The notes beneath the pieces are model-generated. The model was not told the origin of the DNA and searched no databases. It saw nothing but the letters and a program-made list of their open reading frames with translations. A DNA stretch of 29,817 nt from a virus (lineage: Duplodnaviria; Caudoviricetes), in IMG/VR virus record IMGVR_UViG_3300032130_000015, positions 1 through 29,817 of that record; one strand, 5' to 3'. Within the stretch, counting starts at the first letter, position 1. Each line of letters begins with the position of its first letter. Of this stretch, positions 25,012-29,817 are shown one piece after another. The position numbers were made by a program, and so were the translations under genes.

Positions 25012-25395
25012 TCACTCCTTCATCCGATAGGTGAGGGTCGCCTGACCGATGGGCATCGCCGCATCGACATCGGCTTGATCAAGCACGCCATCTTCGACGC
25101 CTTCATCGACAGCTTTCTGATCGACGGTGAATTGCCATCGACCGAACCGCTCAGGGTCGAGGTCGAGCCGGGTGATCAGCTCGAAGAGTTCGGTCTGGGT
25201 CTCGGAGGTTCGGCGCCGAGTCGACCGCCAAGAAGCTGTCAGTTGGGGTGTCGACAGCTTGGTCTCGGCCGGCACATGATTTGCCAAGGCCGCCTTGAGG
25301 CCGACGAGTTCGGCCTTCATCATTCGGATCTTTGACTCACGTTCGGCGATCTCGGTACAGATCAAAGTGAGTAGGTGCTCATTTCGTTCCAACAT
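25012..25395 (-). CDS. Siphovirus Gp157 / Mu Gam-like coiled-coil protein (127 aa)
   Basis: AGGGAG SD before ATG 25395; coiled coil, then KLSTPQLTASWRS and TVDQKAV, resembling Gp157/Gam C-terminal patterns. Confidence 0.5.
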   Translation of the reverse strand: MLERNEHLLTLICTEIAERESKIRMMKAELVGLKAALANHVPAETKLSTPQLTASWRSTRRRTSETQTELFELITRLDLDPERFGRWQFTVDQKAVDEGVEDGVLDQADVDAAMPIGQATLTYRMKE

Positions 25396-25633
25396 GTTTC
25401 TCCCTGTGTTGGTTGATGGTCTGAGTGATGGTGTCACCTTCGGCGACGATGTCGCCACCTATCCATAGGCGCACCCTAAAGGCCCCTCCGGCCCCGTTGA
25501 TGAGTGGTGGGTAGTAAGTGATGGTCAGCCTGACCCGCTGCCCTGTGAGGTGGATCTCGTCGAAGTGGGCGACCGCCTGATCGCTGATCTGAATCTCGTC
25601 GAGATGAGCGGCCGCCTCCTTCTTACTGATCAT
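25379..25633 (-). CDS. Hypothetical protein (84 aa)
   Basis: GAGG SD before ATG 25633; overlaps both neighbours; internal duplication AAAHLDEIQI / AVAHFDEIHL. Confidence 0.6.
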   Translation of the reverse strand: MISKKEAAAHLDEIQISDQAVAHFDEIHLTGQRVRLTITYYPPLINGAGGAFRVRLWIGGDIVAEGDTITQTINQHREKHVGTK

Positions 25634-25868
25634 CGATGCCAGCCTCGAGTAGTGCTCGGACAACCTGATCCGACTCGGCCCTTGATATCGACCTGATCTC
25701 ATCCAGGGTTCGGAGGATTCTCGACAGATAATCGACTCTCCATACTCGCTTCCCGGCGATGGTTTGGTAGAGGATACCCATATATAAGGGCTCGATCCCC
25801 ATGAGTTTACCAAGCCGATACCTGGTTATGTTCCTGGCCTGGAGTAGCTTCATCAACATAGTCTCCAT
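25623..25868 (-). CDS. Cro/XRE-like helix-turn-helix regulator (81 aa)
   Basis: LMKLLQARNITRYRLGKLMGI...LYQTIAGKR pattern; perfect AGGAGG SD; first gene of the operon next to the AT-rich control region. Confidence 0.75.
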   Translation of the reverse strand: METMLMKLLQARNITRYRLGKLMGIEPLYMGILYQTIAGKRVWRVDYLSRILRTLDEIRSISRAESDQVVRALLEAGIDDQ

Positions 25869-25993
25869 CGGACACCTCCTATTAGCTATACTGTACTATA
25901 TATCTGTTCAGTAATATAGGGGGCGATTGCTAATATTTTTAAATAAAGTTTGGCCCGGACATTGCTACGCGCATATACATTATAACGCTTATT

Positions 25994-26124
25994 GCATACA
26001 TCCTTTAATATCATACACTTACATGAGCAGGGGCGCCGATCATGCCCTGATCTAACCCTGATTAGACCGATCTCGGCGATCCTATTACGCATACATCCTT
26101 TAATATCATACACTTACGTGAGCA
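25994..26124. repeat. Two 36-bp direct repeats (35/36 identical) separated by 59 bp
   Basis: gcatacatcctttaatatcatacacttac(a/g)tgagca at 25994-26029 and 26089-26124. Confidence 0.95.
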
Positions 26125-26128
26125 TATT

Positions 26129-26158
26129 TTGACCCCCTATATTTCGGTCAGTAATAAT
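26129..26158 (+). promoter_or_regulatory. Sigma70-like promoter for the primase-helicase
   Basis: TTGACC (26129-26134), 17-18 nt, TAATAA/AATAAT. Confidence 0.45.
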
Positions 26159-26197
26159 CGATGGTTACCCCTTTACAAGACCACCATCTTGAACCAG

Positions 26198-26217
26198 TAT
26201 TAGCAGTATTGCTAATA
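26198..26217. promoter_or_regulatory. Operator-like palindrome TATTAGCA-N4-TGCTAATA
   Basis: Perfect 8-bp inverted repeat just upstream of the primase SD; half-sites recur at 25880, 25928 and 29806. Confidence 0.65.
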
Positions 26218-26232
26218 GGTATGGGAGAGGGG

Positions 26233-29094
26233 ATGAGTACTTTAAGAGAATTGCTTCAAGATCTCGGGCTTAACCCGAAGACGATCCAAGGCGGTGACAA
26301 GGTCGCCTTCTGGTGTCCGAAGTGTGATGACCAAAGGAAGTTGAACAAGCGAACCGCCCAAGGTCACAACGACCAGATCGGTACTTGGTGGTGCTTCAGG
26401 TGTATGCCTCGAGGCGACTACCACTCGGCCCGGTGGCTCGCTAAGTGGGGAGACGTTAACTACCAGTCGGGGCCGGCCGACCCCAAACCGAAGAAGGCGG
26501 CGAAGGCTCGGCGGAATGTGCCGATCGCCTGGTCGGAGGCTTATCGAGACCGAGACCCGGCGCTCTCGACTGCTTGGGCGCTTGGTCGGGGTTGGCGCTT
26601 CGATGTGTGCCAACACCTCGGCCATCATCCCGATGTGATGGTCGCCGCCCATATGCCAGCCGGCCGATCAGGTGCTTGGTTGGCGAGGCAGTGTCAACCG
26701 ATTGACCGCCGACTCCTGATCGCTCTTCGGGATGAGTACGGGAATGTTCGGAATGTATCGAGGCGGATGGCAATCGGCGACGAGGAAGGTGACCAGCCCA
26801 AGTCACTCTTCCTCCGGTCGGCCGACACCGGCGGAGGTTGGATCTGCTTCGGCCGGATGCAAGTGATCGACAAGTCGAGCAAGGTGATCCTGGTCGAAGG
26901 TGGTCCCGACTACTTACTCGCCAGTCGGATCTGGCCTAACCACATTGTGATCGGATCGACCAACGCGACGGCGATGGCCGAGTGTGCCGAGCGGATAGCC
27001 AAGCGCCGACCCGCCGAGGTGACGATCATACCTCACGTGGGCGATACCCCTCGACCCGGCGAGTCGGTCGGGATCGGTGAAGCTTGTGGTCGGGAGGCGG
27101 CCGAGATCTTGTCGAAGGTGACCAACGTCCGACTCGCTCAGCTGGGTCGGGTCGGTGACCTCTCCGATATTTATGGGCCGACCCCGGATGAGGCGAGGCA
27201 GCTGACTCGGGCCGGGGTCACCCATCGGCGGCCAGTGCTACTCAGTGACGCCCAAGCATCCCTCCTCGAGGAGTTGAGAGATGCCCGGCGAGCTGCCGGC
27301 CGCGACGGTGAGGTCCAGACAATTCAGATCGCCGCCGGCGCCGGGAAGACCCACGCGGCCATCGACCTCGCCGCCGAGGTTGCCCTCGAAGAGTTCGCGG
27401 TCGACCGGACCAACAAGGCCGGCGACAACTTCGAAGGCCGAGAGCGAGGCCGGGTCTTCTTCTTGGCGCCGAACCATGATCTCGCCGAAGAGATCATGAT
27501 CGCCTTCGTTGCCCGCTACCCCGAGATCCCGACCCAACATATTAAGGGTCTGCCTCAAGGCTGCCAAGTGTGGAACGAAGAGGCCGCCAAGTACTATCGA
27601 CTAGGCGGCAAGCGAGGAGGGCGGCGAGCTCTTTGCGGTGCCATCACCTCGAGGGGCGATAGTCGGTGTCACCTCTGGGATACCTGTTCAGCTCGAAAGA
27701 CCAAGCGCCTTCGGGCCGGCGTGAACTTCTCTGTCCACGGGATGAGCCACCTTGCGACCGAGGCCCATCTGACAATCGTTGACGAGCAGCCCGAGCCGGT
27801 CCGACTCGACGTGGTCTCAAGAGATGACGTCGCCTCCCTCTATCGGGCCGCCCCCTTCGGGATCGGTCGAAGATGGATGGAGGTTGAAGGCAACCTTCAT
27901 CAGTCCGATCTGATGGATATCTGGTCGGCTTGCGAGGCTTGGACTGTGAGGCACCGGGCCGAAGCCCATGGCCAGCGTGCCGCCCTCTTCGACTTGATCG
28001 ACCGAGACCTCATCAAGAATCTTGATGGCAGCCGACCGCCCCCCTTCCCGCCGCCCGATGTCTTGAGGAAGGGGTTGAAGGTCGGCGCCAACATGCCATC
28101 GGTCAAAGCTTGGGAGCTCCTACTTGGAGCCCTTGACCCGACCGCGACCGCCGAGGTCAGCTGCCTTCGGGGTGAGTGGTCTCTTGAGGTGAGGAGGTCG
28201 AACCCCTTACCCGAAGGTAATGTCATCCTCCTCGACGCGACCGCCGAGTATACGACCGAGTCACTCGGGTCGGTGACTGGTCGGCACATCCGACGCCGAG
28301 CGATCCCGGTCATGGGTGCCGACCCCCTCCGGTCGATCTGGCTCGACACTGGCCAGTTCACTGCCGGTTCAGCTCTTTACTCGACCGCAGTCGAACGGGT
28401 TCGACGTCTTCTCGGCTGGCTTCGGACCGTGACCCAACCCGGCGAGATCGGGGTGATCACCCATCGGCGACTCGCCGCCATCGGTGAAGAGATCGACGAC
28501 TCGATCCGTTGGGCCTACTATGGCCGGGATGACCGCGGCACCAATCGCTTCGCCGCGGTCAAGAATTGGATATGTCTCGGCGACCCGACGCCGAACCTCG
28601 GATCGATCCAAGCTGAGTGTCGGCTATCCGGTCTCGATTGGGAGACCGAGGCGAAGCAGAAGACGTTCGCGATCGCCGTCCAAGCCATCGCCCGAGCTCG
28701 GCACATCCGCCGAGACGACGAACCCCCGATCCTGATCTACGTCGGCCGGACCCCTCCGGCCGTTATGGAATGGGAACGGACCAAGCTGCCCAAGGGTCGA
28801 CGATCTGACATCCGAGGCATGGTCGAGCGGGTCGCCGATGCCTTTGGATGTGTCCCGTCTCGCCACTGGTTTCAATCCGAAGCCGGCAATGGTTGGCTTG
28901 GGCCGATCTACGACGTCGACCTCACGACCGTCAGCCAGTCGACTCTCGACCGGAATATCGGAAGGGTCGCCGGAGCTCGCCGGTGGTCTCCGACCTACGT
29001 CGGCGACGACCGGATCAGAGGTCAGGTTCACGGCCCGGTCGAAGCGATCCAAGCTTGGGCCGACCGAGGCTTCGCTGTCATCCCCCCAAAATGA
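26233..29094 (+). CDS. Fused replication protein: Zn-finger + Toprim primase + SF2-type helicase (~953 aa)
   Basis: CPKC...CFRC Zn ribbon; VILVEGGPDYL Toprim; AAGAGKT Walker A; FLAPNHDLAEE (Ia); IVDEQP Walker B; LLDATA (III); YGRDDRGTNRF (V-like); QAIARAR (VI). GGAGAGGGG SD favours ATG 26233 over 26161. Confidence 0.85.
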   Translation: MSTLRELLQDLGLNPKTIQGGDKVAFWCPKCDDQRKLNKRTAQGHNDQIGTWWCFRCMPRGDYHSARWLAKWGDVNYQSGPADPKPKKAAKARRNVPIAWSEAYRDRDPALSTAWALGRGWRFDVCQHLGHHPDVMVAAHMPAGRSGAWLARQCQPIDRRLLIALRDEYGNVRNVSRRMAIGDEEGDQPKSLFLRSADTGGGWICFGRMQVIDKSSKVILVEGGPDYLLASRIWPNHIVIGSTNATAMAECAERIAKRRPAEVTIIPHVGDTPRPGESVGIGEACGREAAEILSKVTNVRLAQLGRVGDLSDIYGPTPDEARQLTRAGVTHRRPVLLSDAQASLLEELRDARRAAGRDGEVQTIQIAAGAGKTHAAIDLAAEVALEEFAVDRTNKAGDNFEGRERGRVFFLAPNHDLAEEIMIAFVARYPEIPTQHIKGLPQGCQVWNEEAAKYYRLGGKRGGRRALCGAITSRGDSRCHLWDTCSARKTKRLRAGVNFSVHGMSHLATEAHLTIVDEQPEPVRLDVVSRDDVASLYRAAPFGIGRRWMEVEGNLHQSDLMDIWSACEAWTVRHRAEAHGQRAALFDLIDRDLIKNLDGSRPPPFPPPDVLRKGLKVGANMPSVKAWELLLGALDPTATAEVSCLRGEWSLEVRRSNPLPEGNVILLDATAEYTTESLGSVTGRHIRRRAIPVMGADPLRSIWLDTGQFTAGSALYSTAVERVRRLLGWLRTVTQPGEIGVITHRRLAAIGEEIDDSIRWAYYGRDDRGTNRFAAVKNWICLGDPTPNLGSIQAECRLSGLDWETEAKQKTFAIAVQAIARARHIRRDDEPPILIYVGRTPPAVMEWERTKLPKGRRSDIRGMVERVADAFGCVPSRHWFQSEAGNGWLGPIYDVDLTTVSQSTLDRNIGRVAGARRWSPTYVGDDRIRGQVHGPVEAIQAWADRGFAVIPPK

Positions 29095-29226
29095 ACAGCC
29101 CCCAAGTCGCTTATCCGGGAAGATGGACGACAAGGAGGCTGTGTCCCCGGTCAGAGACCGTTCAACCGAACAGTTGAGGAAGCGGATTGCAGTCCGTTAC
29201 TCTCCCCCTACTCTCACCCTAACAAT

Positions 29227-29262
29227 AAAAAAGCCCGGCGCCAACCCCTAGGCGACCGGGCT
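29227..29262 (-). terminator. Intrinsic terminator (minus strand; possibly bidirectional)
   Basis: AAAAAA-GCCCGG-CGCC-aaccccta-GGCG-a-CCGGGC: a GC stem followed by U6 on the minus strand, between convergent genes. Confidence 0.7.
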
Positions 29263-29306
29263 CTCGGACACAGGGAGAGAGTGTCGAGGCCATACTACTC
29301 ACATGT

Positions 29307-29717
29307 TCAGGTGAGAGTCAACTGCATTGGATGCGGCCGAAGCATCGGGTTCTTTTTCGGGATGACATCGAACCCCCACTCGTCAAGAATACTAAGCACA
29401 TCATCGACATGGCGGCAGAGTGCCCAATTGTACCCGAGCTCGATCAGCTTATCCCTCCAGACTAATTGGTCATGAGATAGCCGGCCCGTCTTCGTCTTGA
29501 GCTCGATGAAGCATGGCTTGCCATTGGTCGGCGCCGGCGTCAAGATCACGACATCGGGCACCCCAGCTTTGAGACCTTGGCTCTTCATCTGGGCGCCGGC
29601 TCGGGCTCGGTTCGAGCCGCCGAGGTAGGCGCCGTTCGGCGGGTGGAACCAGACCAAGCGCATCCCATCGAGAAGAACTGCGGTCATCCTTTGGATATCT
29701 CTTTCAAGTTCAGACAC
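29307..29717 (-). CDS. VRR-NUC domain nuclease (Holliday-junction resolvase-like)
   Basis: WFHPPNG...GLKAGVPDVVIL...FIELKTKTGRLSHDQLVWRDKL; GTG start. Confidence 0.92.
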   Translation of the reverse strand: MSELERDIQRMTAVLLDGMRLVWFHPPNGAYLGGSNRARAGAQMKSQGLKAGVPDVVILTPAPTNGKPCFIELKTKTGRLSHDQLVWRDKLIELGYNWALCRHVDDVLSILDEWGFDVIPKKNPMLRPHPMQLTLT

Positions 29718-29805
29718 TTACCGACCCCCCGGAATGTTTGCGTGAACTGAACAGGCTATCAGTATGAACAAACGTTTATCAACAAAAAACGATCCACCCC
29801 TTGAT

Positions 29806-29817
29806 TATTAGCAGTAT
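29806..29817. promoter_or_regulatory. Second copy of the operator-like sequence, cut by the window end
   Basis: TATTAGCAGTAT is identical to 26198-26209 and lies in AT-rich DNA upstream of the VRR-NUC gene. Confidence 0.55.

Larger units (their letters stand above)
1..29817. mobile_element. Tailed dsDNA bacteriophage or prophage segment (Mu-like head module, non-contractile tail inferred, primase-helicase replicon)
   Basis: Terminase, portal, protease, capsid, tail tube, tape measure, SSB, primase-helicase and VRR-NUC motifs. Genes are tightly packed with ATGA/TAATG/TGATG overlaps. No cellular housekeeping genes are seen. Confidence 0.97.

Noticed and set aside
25886-26113. 75-aa minus-strand ORF in the control region
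   Set aside because: It runs across AT-rich repeats and operators with atypical composition and no SD; likely non-coding.
25994-26124. 36-bp direct repeats as a mini-CRISPR array
   Set aside because: There are only two copies, the 59-bp spacer is too long, the repeat has no palindrome or typical terminal motif, and there are no cas genes. The promoter/origin context explains it better.
405-29475. Numerous antisense and alternate-frame ORFs in the track (e.g. 7458..8102+, 16568..17119+, 18638..19249+, 22585..23208+, 28624..29133-)
   Set aside because: They are shadows of real genes in GC-rich DNA: R/S/P-rich or mirror-composition translations, with no SD or coupling and no recognisable motifs.
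1-29817. Stop-codon reassignment, diversity-generating retroelement, introns/inteins
   Set aside because: Genes are intact under code 11, with TAA, TAG and TGA all used as stops. No reverse transcriptase, TR/VR pair, or intein/intron-sized interruption was seen in terL, portal, capsid or replicase.

Overview
The window is a ~30 kb, GC-rich segment of a tailed dsDNA phage or prophage (Caudoviricetes), truncated at the left end inside a tail fibre/tailspike gene. It contains no host genes, integrase, transposase, tRNA or CRISPR array. There are five transcription units. (1) A minus-strand virion operon (19246 to 1): Mu-gp29-like portal, Mu-gpI-like protease with probable nested scaffold, decoration protein, major capsid, gpF/gp7-like head protein, adaptor, tail completion/terminator, tail tube, G/GT-type chaperones with an A9 -1 frameshift site, tape measure, tail-tip proteins, a CHAP peptidase and the fibre. 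No sheath gene is visible, so a non-contractile tail is inferred. (2) A divergent plus-strand pair of membrane proteins (holin-like; spanin-like). (3) A minus-strand operon running from a Cro-like HTH through Gp157/Gam-like, PD-(D/E)xK nuclease, TerS, TerL, a missed 54-aa ORF, SSB, a secreted lytic transglycosylase and a QLNLF protein. (4) A plus-strand ~950-aa Zn-finger/Toprim primase fused to an SF2-type helicase with a 4-Cys insert. (5) A minus-strand VRR-NUC nuclease. The best leads are two hairpin-dense convergent intergenic regions (20211-20509 and 29095-29282) with plus-strand G-U pairing, a symmetric repeat-rich control region (25878-26219), the fused replicase, recurring L-S-E candidate maturation sites, and a YCGR over RCGY compositional bias. 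All family calls are from motif recognition by eye; no searches were run.
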